A stretch of 64,000 bases of DNA from the sequence record MK308675.1. One strand, given 5' to 3'. Under the pieces are notes generated by a model. The model was not told where the DNA came from. It saw only the letters and a program-made list of their open reading frames with translations, and ran no database searches. This document shows positions 18,148 to 27,239 of this stretch, in pieces (within the stretch, counting starts at the first letter, position 1; each line of letters starts with the position of its first letter). The translations under genes were made by a program, and so were the position numbers.

Positions 18148-18937
18148 ACTCTTTGTCCTCTTTCTGCTTGTGTGCCAAGTTATCGAGCCAGAATAGCTCA
18201 TGTTGAAGTTCACGGGTACCGCGTAGCCAGTGAATGCGCTCTAGGCCGTCATTGAACATTAGTCGGTCGACATCGATAAAGTAAGTAGTGCGGTCAGCAT
18301 CTAAGACTTCATCGCCTACAGGCTCACGTGTCTCTTCCGTTACCACACAGTTACCAAAGACATCGCGCAACATAATTGCCACACTGCCTTGCAGGATATG
18401 AGCAGACTTAATGTTGTTCTGCTCATCGCGCTGTACGTGGAAACCACGGTGGTCATTCACGCGTACTTTACCGCGAGGTTTCAGAGGACCACGTTCCAAC
18501 GGGTTCGTGTAGTCTAAGAAAGGCGGAGTATCTTTACCTTTCTCGATAGTCCCTTTAACTTCAGCTAAGAAGTCTTCGTAGTCGGCCATGAAGTTAGCAC
18601 CGCTTTCTTCCATCATGGATAGGATGAAGCGAGCGTCAACAACTATATTTACGTGGGCGCCGTCGCAGTTACAATCCTTAGCTTCCAGAGCAGAGTTAGT
18701 AATAGCCACGTTACGACTACGCAGAATATTGCGACCTGATGCCTTGACGTGGTTGTCGATTTCCGCCTTAGCTTCCTCTAGCTCTTCCAGGAGCTGACAT
18801 AAGCCTCCCCATTCACGCTCGGCTGCTAGTTCTTCAGCTCGGGAGTCTAGTTGACCGCTCAACCAAACATTGCTTTTACCGTTTAGATGACGGATACGGT
18901 CTTTTGTTTTAGCGATAAGTGCATTTAACTTTTCCAT
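18125..18937 (-). CDS. Hypothetical protein
   Basis: 270 aa; SD GAGG. Confidence 0.75.
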   Translation of the reverse strand: MEKLNALIAKTKDRIRHLNGKSNVWLSGQLDSRAEELAAEREWGGLCQLLEELEEAKAEIDNHVKASGRNILRSRNVAITNSALEAKDCNCDGAHVNIVVDARFILSMMEESGANFMADYEDFLAEVKGTIEKGKDTPPFLDYTNPLERGPLKPRGKVRVNDHRGFHVQRDEQNNIKSAHILQGSVAIMLRDVFGNCVVTEETREPVGDEVLDADRTTYFIDVDRLMFNDGLERIHWLRGTRELQHELFWLDNLAHKQKEDKEYDRFFSK

Positions 18938-18949
18938 GATGTACCTCTC

Positions 18950-19996
18950 TTACTTAGCTACTTTAAAGTTACCACGACGAACTTCCATGTACTTGCGTTG
19001 TTCGTCATTAGGTTCACAGAACCCAGTTAAAGGATAGTCGGCCTCATAGCGAGTAGATGAGTGGCCGCCATGTAAACGTTCAAAGCCCATACATTCCAAA
19101 TGGTCCGAAATGAGCGTTTGGAAACCATGCCAATACACAAGCTTATTCTTATAAGTGTGTAAGGCACCGTTCTCTACAGCTTCAACGAAATCGCGGCGTA
19201 GTTTAACACGTGAACGCCAACGACTGTAGAAGTCTAATTCCAGACGACGTTTATCCGTTGGGCTCATGGTAGCTTCTTTTAGTAAGTCTGAGAAGCGACG
19301 CTCCAAACGGATGTACGTATCTAAGTCAGGATTCTCGAAGTGTTCAGTGGAGTGAGAGTGCACTGCAAGACCTAAAGGAATTGTAAGTGGTCGTCCCCAA
19401 CCGCGACAAATCTCTACTGGTTTTGCAGTAGCTACATATTCGCGTAAGCGCTCAACGATAGCACGCTTAGCCAGTTTGTAGTCGTGGCGAGCGATAGGAA
19501 TTGAAATGCGTTCCCATTCGCCGTTCTCTAGAACAACCATACCTGCCCCTGTTTCTTTCTGGAAGATGGAAACAGTATGGTTTTCTTCGTAACAGCCTTC
19601 GCCGTCATAGAACGTGTTGTCATGAATGGCAAAAGCTAGGTCATGGCCTTTCAAGTAGTCGTCTAATCCGACAGCAGTTCGTGCAATTGGCGTGAACTCT
19701 TTCCCGGCTTGGAAGTCTAGCCATTGTTTCTCAGCTACACCTTCAAACTTAAAGTAGTACATTCCCAAAGGACGAATATGGCCAGGATTAACTTTAATGG
19801 TGCGACCGCCGTGTAGCTCCATACGTAGAAGAGTACGGTTCTCTAGGTTAGCGCTCCATTCACCGAACACTAACAGACTATCGATTTTAAACGTGCCTTC
19901 CTGCCAAATCTGAAGGTAGACGGTAACATTGGTTTGAGAAAGGAAGCGCAGGACTTCCGGTACGCTTTGCTCATCGAGCATAATAGAAGTTGACAT
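18950..19996 (-). CDS. Hypothetical protein
   Basis: 348 aa; SD GAGGT. Confidence 0.75.
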   Translation of the reverse strand: MSTSIMLDEQSVPEVLRFLSQTNVTVYLQIWQEGTFKIDSLLVFGEWSANLENRTLLRMELHGGRTIKVNPGHIRPLGMYYFKFEGVAEKQWLDFQAGKEFTPIARTAVGLDDYLKGHDLAFAIHDNTFYDGEGCYEENHTVSIFQKETGAGMVVLENGEWERISIPIARHDYKLAKRAIVERLREYVATAKPVEICRGWGRPLTIPLGLAVHSHSTEHFENPDLDTYIRLERRFSDLLKEATMSPTDKRRLELDFYSRWRSRVKLRRDFVEAVENGALHTYKNKLVYWHGFQTLISDHLECMGFERLHGGHSSTRYEADYPLTGFCEPNDEQRKYMEVRRGNFKVAK

Positions 19997-20007
19997 AGTG
20001 ACCTCTT

Positions 20008-20478
20008 TTATTTAAGGAATGTTTGAAGCGACTTGGCGATGATGTTGATTTCGTCCATGTCTAAAGGTACCTTCCAAGACTCACAGATAGGCTCAAGGTT
20101 ATTGTAGATGATTGCGGCTTCACCCTCAAGGTCTTGGTAGACAAAGTCATGAGCGTGGCCGTACTTATCGTCTTCATCCCAACGCTTTTCCCACGATGCT
20201 CCGTCTTCATCTAGGCCGTAGATATCGAAACGGTTATTATCCAGATAGACAACCACATGAGAAAGAACCTTCTCGAAAAGTTCTCCGTCTTCGTCTTTCT
20301 CTTCACGGTAGATGATGGAAATGGATGCATCGTGTCGCTCGTTTAGAGCACAAAGTCTAACCAGTGCCATTGCAAACTCGGCACAGTGACCTGAAGAGAA
20401 ATGTTCTTCTAGGTCCGAATCTTCACCTGCTTTATAGTCGCAGATACAAGCATTTAGACGTTCACTGAAAGTAGCCAT
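20008..20478 (-). CDS. Putative Cys-His-Asp (papain/transglutaminase-like) protein
   Basis: F.SGHCAEFAMAL...SHVVV...DIYG. Confidence 0.45.
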   Translation of the reverse strand: MATFSERLNACICDYKAGEDSDLEEHFSSGHCAEFAMALVRLCALNERHDASISIIYREEKDEDGELFEKVLSHVVVYLDNNRFDIYGLDEDGASWEKRWDEDDKYGHAHDFVYQDLEGEAAIIYNNLEPICESWKVPLDMDEINIIAKSLQTFLK

Positions 20479-20479
20479 A

Positions 20480-20929
20480 TTAACCTCGGTCTTCCACTTC
20501 TAGACTACGATAAAGAATTTCACGACCACAGCCTTCATTGTCAGAGTTCTCTCCGGATAGCAGAAAGCCCGATTCATTGAAGACTTTAATCTCCTGATGC
20601 CAGTCTGGTTTTGTATCCTTTACAAGAATTGACTTGGTGATATTCTCTTTGGCGTCGATGAGGAGTTCTCGGTACATGTCGCCATCGCTCGCTAATGCGA
20701 AAGTGATGCGAGTTTCCTCGGTAGACGTTTCCCAGTTAATCTGGATTACTTTAGACATTAGTGTCTGGTTCTTAAGGCGACCTACGTTGTAAGTGGCGCC
20801 TAAGAATTCTTCCATCGTTGCTGAACCCAGGACACTCTCGACCAACAGTAGGTCGTATTGGTCAAACCCAATGAGGTTAGCGAAAGCGTAGATTGCAGAT
20901 GATGGTACTTTTGAAGTTGGAGTTAACAT
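20480..20929 (-). CDS. Hypothetical protein
   Basis: 149-aa ORF. Confidence 0.7.
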   Translation of the reverse strand: MLTPTSKVPSSAIYAFANLIGFDQYDLLLVESVLGSATMEEFLGATYNVGRLKNQTLMSKVIQINWETSTEETRITFALASDGDMYRELLIDAKENITKSILVKDTKPDWHQEIKVFNESGFLLSGENSDNEGCGREILYRSLEVEDRG

Positions 20930-20981
20930 CGGTTATTTCCTTTTAAGTTAAAATGGTTAAGCATCGGCTTAACAGAGAAAA

Positions 20982-21011
20982 GGGAGGTACTAGCGATATG
21001 CGTTCCCTCCC
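20982..21011 (-). terminator. Terminator
   Basis: GGGAGG/CCTCCC stem followed by TTTTCT on the minus strand. Confidence 0.6.
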
Positions 21012-21091
21012 GATTTTATTTAAATGGCTCTTACTAATACTATGCTAGGAACTAGTGGCCTAACCGTGTTTACGGCAGACCACTAACTTCT

Positions 21092-21298
21092 TTATAGTCT
21101 GTTTAACCAGTACCACAATAGGAGATAACCTACTGTGGGCAGGATAACGCCAGAACTAATGGCAGCTACGCCGACCGACTTTGCAAAGAAGCCGGAAAGC
21201 TGGATAATCTCGAAGCCGTGGATGACCTGAGTTAATCCTTTATATAGCCACCAAAAGAACTGGACAAACAGAGTTAAAGATTTACCGAGCATACGCAT
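21092..21298 (-). CDS. Small hydrophobic membrane peptide (68 aa)
   Basis: Start re-called after SD GAGGAG; hydrophobic, Trp-rich segments. Confidence 0.65.
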   Translation of the reverse strand: MRMLGKSLTLFVQFFWWLYKGLTQVIHGFEIIQLSGFFAKSVGVAAISSGVILPTVGYLLLWYWLNRL

Positions 21299-21387
21299 CA
21301 GAAATCTCCTCATCAGGAGTAAGCCCTCGCCCTAAGGACGCTCGAACGTCCTTAGGGCATTCTGCTTTTTATCTAAAGCATCGGTAT

Positions 21388-21400
21388 GGTAATATAGGTT
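21388..21400 (-). promoter_or_regulatory. phiKZ-type early promoter AACCTATATTACC
   Basis: Exact copy of the 13-mer. Confidence 0.7.
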
Positions 21401-21410
21401 TTATTTTTAA

Positions 21411-21423
21411 CTGAATCTTATGA
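21411..21423 (+). promoter_or_regulatory. Candidate late promoter CTGAATCTTATGA
   Basis: AATCT motif with TATG (the phiKZ late TSS motif) upstream of a plus-strand gene. Confidence 0.5.
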
Positions 21424-21451
21424 CTTGTTAACCATTACAGGAAATATAACA

Positions 21452-22180
21452 ATGCAAAACGGTTTCAAACATCGCTCAATGGCGTACTGGCGTCAGGTGA
21501 GTAAGGGATTAAGTGCAGGCGCTCTAGTTGGTGCCGATGCTAATGACCTGCCAGGTGGCGCAGTGCATCCAATCGATGAATTAATGCGACCGCTTACAGG
21601 TAACGTGGAAATTGCAGGTTGGAAGATGGAAGGCACCGAGCCTCAAGAGAATACGCTATCGTACTCTCTGGCTACAGCTAACACCATCGAAGATTCGCTA
21701 GCAAACATCGACATCGAGTTCGACCCAGCTGAATTCGTACCAGGTCAGTTACTACGCTGGCGCATGGGTTTCTCCATCGAACCGGACGACCTTAAGCGCG
21801 TTACGACATCGCATCTAGTGTGGGGACTAGGGCAGACCAACAGTAAGGCCGATGGTGGCTGGACTATCGTATGTGAAAACGAGGTCTTAGACTGTGTAGT
21901 GGATGTCATCTTTGAGATGCGCACCGACGGCGCGGATAACTACAGTTTCCGTGTCTTCGACTACAGCATCCAGGCAGGTGCCTTCAACGGTAAGCTACCT
22001 GAAATTGAATTCAACGTTCGCGGCGGTGGTCTGCGCGACCTTGACTCTAAGGCAAACCTTACTATGGGCCTTAATGTCGAAGCCCCGGAGACTGGCGCCC
22101 TAAACGTTAAGTTTACCCAACACTTCATCGAACTGGATACAGTCGAGAAGATGCAAGAAGCAGCACTAGCTCTTCTTTAA
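21452..22180 (+). CDS. Putative virion structural protein (beta-rich)
   Basis: Stand-alone transcription unit with late-type motif and terminator. Confidence 0.55.
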   Translation: MQNGFKHRSMAYWRQVSKGLSAGALVGADANDLPGGAVHPIDELMRPLTGNVEIAGWKMEGTEPQENTLSYSLATANTIEDSLANIDIEFDPAEFVPGQLLRWRMGFSIEPDDLKRVTTSHLVWGLGQTNSKADGGWTIVCENEVLDCVVDVIFEMRTDGADNYSFRVFDYSIQAGAFNGKLPEIEFNVRGGGLRDLDSKANLTMGLNVEAPETGALNVKFTQHFIELDTVEKMQEAALALL

Positions 22181-22184
22181 AAGA

Positions 22185-22221
22185 CTCCCTCTCTATCTTC
22201 GGATAGGGAGGGGTCCTTTTT
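22185..22221 (+). terminator. Intrinsic terminator
   Basis: CTCCCTCTCTATC-TTCG-GATAGGGAGGGG followed by a T-tract. Confidence 0.8.
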
Positions 22222-22262
22222 AACCGCCTATTGAAATCTCATAGCTAAATAGGAGAACCATT

Positions 22263-22745
22263 GTGGATTTAAAAAACTTAAAAGACCTCAAGAACATTCA
22301 GGAGGTCCCCTGGAAAGGAGACGGGCGTTCCCGCTTCTTCCGCAAGATACCATGTGTGATGTTGAATCGCCATTCGTGGGTTTTTGATACCAAGAAGCTA
22401 GACTCCAACCAGAAAGCCTTTACGTACACTTACTGTCAGCACTGCGGCATTCCGCATATCGTCTTTTCTAAGAAGTTGCAGAACGTTGCACTGCCTGCGA
22501 CACAATGTCACATTACAGCCATCGAACCCAAGACAGGTTATGCTTTTAATCTTAAAGTGCTAGATGTAAACTATGATACTGGAGTAGGTTTGGTTAAGGT
22601 GTGGCGCGGTAACGCTTATTCTAAAGAGCGCTTTATCCAGCTCTACAATCTAAGAGACTGGAGCTACGTACACGACGATTTCCTAAACTTGCGTAATTGG
22701 GAAATCGAAAGAGAAATCGAACTACTGAGGGAACGCAACGCATGA
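22263..22745 (+). CDS. Hypothetical protein
   Basis: GTG start after SD AGGAG; CxxC. Confidence 0.7.
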   Translation: MDLKNLKDLKNIQEVPWKGDGRSRFFRKIPCVMLNRHSWVFDTKKLDSNQKAFTYTYCQHCGIPHIVFSKKLQNVALPATQCHITAIEPKTGYAFNLKVLDVNYDTGVGLVKVWRGNAYSKERFIQLYNLRDWSYVHDDFLNLRNWEIEREIELLRERNA

Positions 22746-23416
22746 TTCAAGTAGACTTCTGTAAACTGCTAGACTCACGAGAGCTAGGTCGCTTCACGGA
22801 CGCCGAAGGTCTTTTCGACCATTTTAACAAGGCCTCCGACGAACGTAAAAAGATTCTGACTTTCCTTAAAAGCATTGAGACGGCCGAACGATACTCGCTG
22901 GAGAAGGTTCACTTTAACGATGCCTTGTTGTTCCTTGGTTCTGTTGAGGAGACGGAAAAGGTGGACCTGGCTTGGCTTAAGGTACATCGCCCGATTCTTG
23001 AAACGGGTAGTAACTTTAAGGTACTCATCGTGCGCGTTAAAGGTGAGACAGTATGGTCCGTGTACGGACTCGACGTACCTACTTTTGACGGGTACCTTAG
23101 AAAAAGCCGCACGGGGCTAGACGCGGATAAGTTTATGTCTGCGGTAGACCTATTAAGAATAGCCGATGAAGACCGAGCATGTCTAGAACTTCGCGACTAT
23201 TACGAAAACACTTCCAGTAAAGACATCGGTGACGATATCGTCTTTACTACGGAAAGAGACATCGTAAAAACTCTAAAAATCTGGTATCGCTCAGATGCCA
23301 TTCTCACGGTAAGCCCTGCCACGCTTAAATGGATTACGGACGCTATTGACTTTATGCTCAAGGTTCCGCAACGCCAGCCTATTGGCGATGATAACTTAAT
23401 GGAGCGTCTAAAATGA
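22742..23416 (+). CDS. Hypothetical protein
   Basis: ATGA-coupled start. Confidence 0.7.
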   Translation: MIQVDFCKLLDSRELGRFTDAEGLFDHFNKASDERKKILTFLKSIETAERYSLEKVHFNDALLFLGSVEETEKVDLAWLKVHRPILETGSNFKVLIVRVKGETVWSVYGLDVPTFDGYLRKSRTGLDADKFMSAVDLLRIADEDRACLELRDYYENTSSKDIGDDIVFTTERDIVKTLKIWYRSDAILTVSPATLKWITDAIDFMLKVPQRQPIGDDNLMERLK

Positions 23417-23943
23417 AAATAGTTAAAGCAGGACAGTATGTTCTTTCGGACGGTAAGACCGTAAAAGACGAGGTTTACATTCGCTTCGAAACCGGCGAAG
23501 GCGAACAGGTGGAGTTTACGCCAAGGGCAATGGCCCCAATCTTAGCTGCCGCTATTGGCCAGGGCATCGCTGCCGACGTCAAGTTCTTCAAGCCCTATCT
23601 GAAACGCCTAATAAAGAACATTCGAGCGAACATGACTGAGCCAGACAGAATGTTCTCCGAATGCGAATATACGGACCTAGTAGGCATTCCGGACTTCAAA
23701 TGTGAAGTAAAGGCAGTCATGGTTCAAGACAAGCTGAACATAAAGCTAGAGACTCTTACAGGTTGGGAGTCAGAGCAGACGGCACCGAATGTGGTTAATC
23801 TATACAACGATGATTTACTCTTCGACCCTGAGAACTTCGGCAACAAGAACAGCATTGTTGTGGGCGGCGACATCTTAGGTAGCGTGACTTACATCCTACA
23901 TACTAAAAGGGAACAAGTATGCGACATCCAACCTCAAAAATAG
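23413..23943 (+). CDS. Hypothetical protein
   Basis: ATGA-coupled; 176 aa. Confidence 0.7.
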   Translation: MKIVKAGQYVLSDGKTVKDEVYIRFETGEGEQVEFTPRAMAPILAAAIGQGIAADVKFFKPYLKRLIKNIRANMTEPDRMFSECEYTDLVGIPDFKCEVKAVMVQDKLNIKLETLTGWESEQTAPNVVNLYNDDLLFDPENFGNKNSIVVGGDILGSVTYILHTKREQVCDIQPQK

Positions 23944-24701
23944 AAACCATAGACGAGCTAGTACAGGCTATCTATACTGCTACTCATGTTTTCTACGCGC
24001 CGTCGCTACCTGACGTCTATCGCGTCTCCAGTACGTATTCAGTAAACGGCGATACTATTACGATGACTGGCTACCATTCCAATACTGGAGAGGCACACCA
24101 GTTAGTGTTTGAGTTAGGCCATCTGAAAGATTGGGAGTTCTTCGACGTGAAGGATTCTAAGATTTCTAACGGGATGTCCTGTGCTGACTCTAAGGCTCTT
24201 TTCCAACCTCTGAATACCGCCGACAGAAAAGAAGGACATTGGCCATGTCGCGTATTCGCAATTACGTTATATCAGTTACTCAAACAAGGCTTTGACTTAG
24301 AAGGACACTTTGCTTTCCATCCGGTGCAACGCCGTATGTATGAGTTCCGATGTAAGGAGGAAGAATACTTCTTCTACAATAAGGACTGCGTTCGCTGTAA
24401 GTCAGAGAAGAAGATTTGGCAGATGCGTCTAGCAGGAGCGTCCACAGAGTGGGCTACAATCGACCCATTGCTAAACTTCGATACATTTGTCATGGTAGAC
24501 CGAGATGCCTTTAAGGAGGGCGCTGAGGTCGTTCTAGGGACATCGGTAGAATTCATGTCTCAGTTCCAACCGTGCCTGTCGGAAGGTAAAGGGCACATTG
24601 GCAACATGGGCATGGTAGATTTCTATGTAGCAACTGACTTGTTTGATGTTTTCAAAGTAGGTGAGGTTATACATGTCGACTCTGAAGGATTTATTTCTTA
24701 A
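23919..24701 (+). CDS. Hypothetical protein
   Basis: 260 aa. Confidence 0.7.
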   Translation: MRHPTSKIETIDELVQAIYTATHVFYAPSLPDVYRVSSTYSVNGDTITMTGYHSNTGEAHQLVFELGHLKDWEFFDVKDSKISNGMSCADSKALFQPLNTADRKEGHWPCRVFAITLYQLLKQGFDLEGHFAFHPVQRRMYEFRCKEEEYFFYNKDCVRCKSEKKIWQMRLAGASTEWATIDPLLNFDTFVMVDRDAFKEGAEVVLGTSVEFMSQFQPCLSEGKGHIGNMGMVDFYVATDLFDVFKVGEVIHVDSEGFIS

Positions 24702-25336
24702 GTGGGCTGGCATTGGTAGTAGGGAAACTCCTGAGTGGGTCTTCCCTCTTTTCATTGCCATTGGCTGGCATATGGCTAGCCTGAAATGTAAACTCTTTAG
24801 TGGAGGCGCTCCGGGGCCAGACACTGAGTTCGAACGTGGAACGATTCGTTTCATGCGCGATAATAATGTTCGTAATCTTATGGAGATTTGGTTACCATGG
24901 CGTACCTTCGGGAAGCGTAAGGGAATCGACGGAAATCACTACAAGGTTCTAGATAAGCCCGACTATGATTTCGCTCGGCATATTCTGAATGATTCCGGTG
25001 TTTGTGTAAACCCATGGTTCGTTAAGATGGGCCAAGCAATACAAAAGCTTTTTGCCAGGAATGTATACCAAATCCTTACAGGAGACTGGTCTAAAGTGGA
25101 CCTGGTCATTTACTATGCCAAAGAGAACAGAGAGAAGGGAACCGTTGGTGGCGAGAACTCGTATCGCAGTTTACCTAGCGCGCCATTTAGACATCCCGAC
25201 TTATAACCTGGCTATCCGAGAAGACAGGGATAAGCTCTTTGACCTCATTGGGTTTAGGAGGGCAGATTATGCCGAAGCCAATGAAGTTATCACTCAACTT
25301 GACAATGGCAGGGAGCCGTTTGCTGACGCAGCATGA
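24673..25336 (+). pseudogene. SLOG/DprA(Smf)-like protein interrupted by a +1 frameshift at about 25154
   Basis: WAGIGSRETP...SGGAPGPDTEFERG...EIWLPW...FARNVYQILTGD in one frame; family C-terminus TRIAVYLARHLDIPTYNL in the next frame. Confidence 0.7.
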
Positions 25337-25598
25337 CGGCATTGTCGTTGGGGCCCAGCATTTGGGCCAAGTTAAAGTAGTGCCGAAAGTCGTAGAAGTA
25401 AAGGTGAGTCCTGTTCAGGATTTTAGTTACACATTTTGGAAGAACGTCTTCTCTCGTAGAAGAAAGCAGCTAAGATGTTTACGACGTTTGGAAGTAAAAG
25501 GTTTAAATGACGGTGGTGCGAAAGCATTGGCCTGCGCTCTTAGAGATTTACATATCCAGCCGGAGACAATAGTCTTTGACGGTGTGCTCGTGAACTAA
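25269..25598 (+). CDS. Hypothetical protein
   Basis: SD AGGAGG 7-8 nt before ATG CCG. Confidence 0.55.
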   Translation: MPKPMKLSLNLTMAGSRLLTQHDGIVVGAQHLGQVKVVPKVVEVKVSPVQDFSYTFWKNVFSRRRKQLRCLRRLEVKGLNDGGAKALACALRDLHIQPETIVFDGVLVN

Positions 25599-25647
25599 TC
25601 TATCATAACTTACTCTCTCAGCGAATATGCTGAGAGAGGAGTTATTT

Positions 25648-26136
25648 ATGTTAGCTGAAATTGAAAAACATGTTGTTTATCTCAGTCCGACCGGCATTCG
25701 CTTTGTCGTAACTGACTTTGCATGGCATGCTCAGGACTGCAGTATCCGAATGGTTAACTATACCAATATCGAGCCGACTCACGATAAACCTGCCTTTACT
25801 AAGTGGGTAATTGAAGAGTCATTATTCCTAAAGCAGTTCAGTGAGCCAGAAGGACCGACCCAAATCTATCCTTGGTGCAAATCGCCTCGTCTTAGCGAAA
25901 GAGACGAGCAAATCCGCGAGAGCTTAATCTTCGGGGACTGGCATGTGTCGCCTGCCCGAACGGTCTTTGACCCTAAAACAATGAGAGAGGGGCCTGACGA
26001 TGTTCACCCTAAAGAGTTATCTCGACGCCTTGGGCAAGCACAGGAAGTATCGTCCGTTGCCAAAGAGCCTAAAAGGCAGACATTACGCCGTGTACGCACG
26101 GGCTTTAAACTCGTTCCCTCAGCGAGAAAGTTTTAA
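25648..26136 (+). CDS. DUF1653-like hypothetical protein
   Basis: Y.SPTG..F.V...A.H.QD.S..MV.Y...W...ES.FL..F; SD GAGGAG. Confidence 0.5.
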   Translation: MLAEIEKHVVYLSPTGIRFVVTDFAWHAQDCSIRMVNYTNIEPTHDKPAFTKWVIEESLFLKQFSEPEGPTQIYPWCKSPRLSERDEQIRESLIFGDWHVSPARTVFDPKTMREGPDDVHPKELSRRLGQAQEVSSVAKEPKRQTLRRVRTGFKLVPSARKF

Positions 26137-26425
26137 AGTAAATGGGGTTTCTATCTGCACTAAGATAGAAAGAGTAGTCATTGGGGACTATGGCGCTTAT
26201 GTGGAAATAGCACCCGATAACTTCATGGGCCCAATGGATGTCGCTAAAGGACAAGAGTGGCGTTTAGATAAGGACTACATCGAGCGAGCCGGACTGAGCA
26301 TTAAGTACTTGTGGTATGAGTGTTTAGGTAAGAAGCTTTACTTCCAACTGGATACCGTGAAGTATGCCGATTATAAGCCTGGCTTTTATTACATTTCCGT
26401 ACTAGATTTTGATAAGGTGAAATAA
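26000..26425 (+). CDS. Hypothetical protein
   Basis: 141 aa; SD GAGG. Confidence 0.7.
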   Translation: MFTLKSYLDALGKHRKYRPLPKSLKGRHYAVYARALNSFPQRESFKVNGVSICTKIERVVIGDYGAYVEIAPDNFMGPMDVAKGQEWRLDKDYIERAGLSIKYLWYECLGKKLYFQLDTVKYADYKPGFYYISVLDFDKVK

Positions 26426-27186
26426 TGGAACTTGTTGCACTAGAGCATATAGATAAAGAAACTTGGAACGCTATGCGCTTGCGCTTAATCGACGCTGTGG
26501 ATGAGGCACCTAAGGGATGGAAGAAAGACGGCTTCCGAAATTCCCTTGCTTGTCTGACAACGGCATTTGAGAATAGAGATTACCTGGAAGTGCGGCCAAT
26601 TCATACTCGAGACAGTCTCTTTCGAACGTCCGGAGATACCGTGGACGGCGGTTACTTAACTTGGTATGTTGAAGATGACCTTTTAGGACTACTTGTCGCA
26701 ACCGAAGCAACGCAGAGTTCGCTTTACGCACATCACGGCATTAACCTAGAATACCCCTTCGTCAGTGCTGATGCGGTCACGCATCTGATAGCATCTTCGG
26801 AAGAGGACTACATAGAGTTCTTGTCTGGTGGCACAGACTATATTCGAATAGCGACCGACTTCCTCCATGTTCCAACGAAGTCACACGTAATGACCTTTAC
26901 GACGTCTAACTGGGACATTCGAGAAGCTGACATTGGATTAACAACACCGCCTTATAGTAAAGTGCCTCATTTCGAAAAGCTTCGCATGTTGGAACAGGAC
27001 CGCAAGAAATCGGTTGCCGTTTTACATCGCTGTATTGAAGAAAACGTACGTCTTGTCAAGCACATGGGCCACCCTGCCGTCATTGAGTCGATTAATCTCA
27101 TTGGCCTTACTAAAGACGATATGAGCTTTAAAGTTCGTTCTTGTGATGAAGTTTTCTCATGTAGTTTCCTAGAGTGGCTGGATTAG
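26425..27186 (+). CDS. Hypothetical protein
   Basis: 253 aa, coupled start. Confidence 0.75.
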   Translation: MELVALEHIDKETWNAMRLRLIDAVDEAPKGWKKDGFRNSLACLTTAFENRDYLEVRPIHTRDSLFRTSGDTVDGGYLTWYVEDDLLGLLVATEATQSSLYAHHGINLEYPFVSADAVTHLIASSEEDYIEFLSGGTDYIRIATDFLHVPTKSHVMTFTTSNWDIREADIGLTTPPYSKVPHFEKLRMLEQDRKKSVAVLHRCIEENVRLVKHMGHPAVIESINLIGLTKDDMSFKVRSCDEVFSCSFLEWLD

Positions 27187-27239
27187 CGTCAAATCTAATA
27201 GACCTATAAACACCAACCTAAGAACTAAGAGGCTCCGCC

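Noticed and set aside
25333-25383. ATGA-coupled short ORF MTALSLGPSIWAKLK suggesting a second frameshift
   Set aside because: The downstream gene already has a strong AGGAGG SD and start at 25269
26000-26136. 137-nt overlap of two ORFs suggesting a frameshift
   Set aside because: No family motif to place a shift; a C-terminal run-on is the simpler explanation
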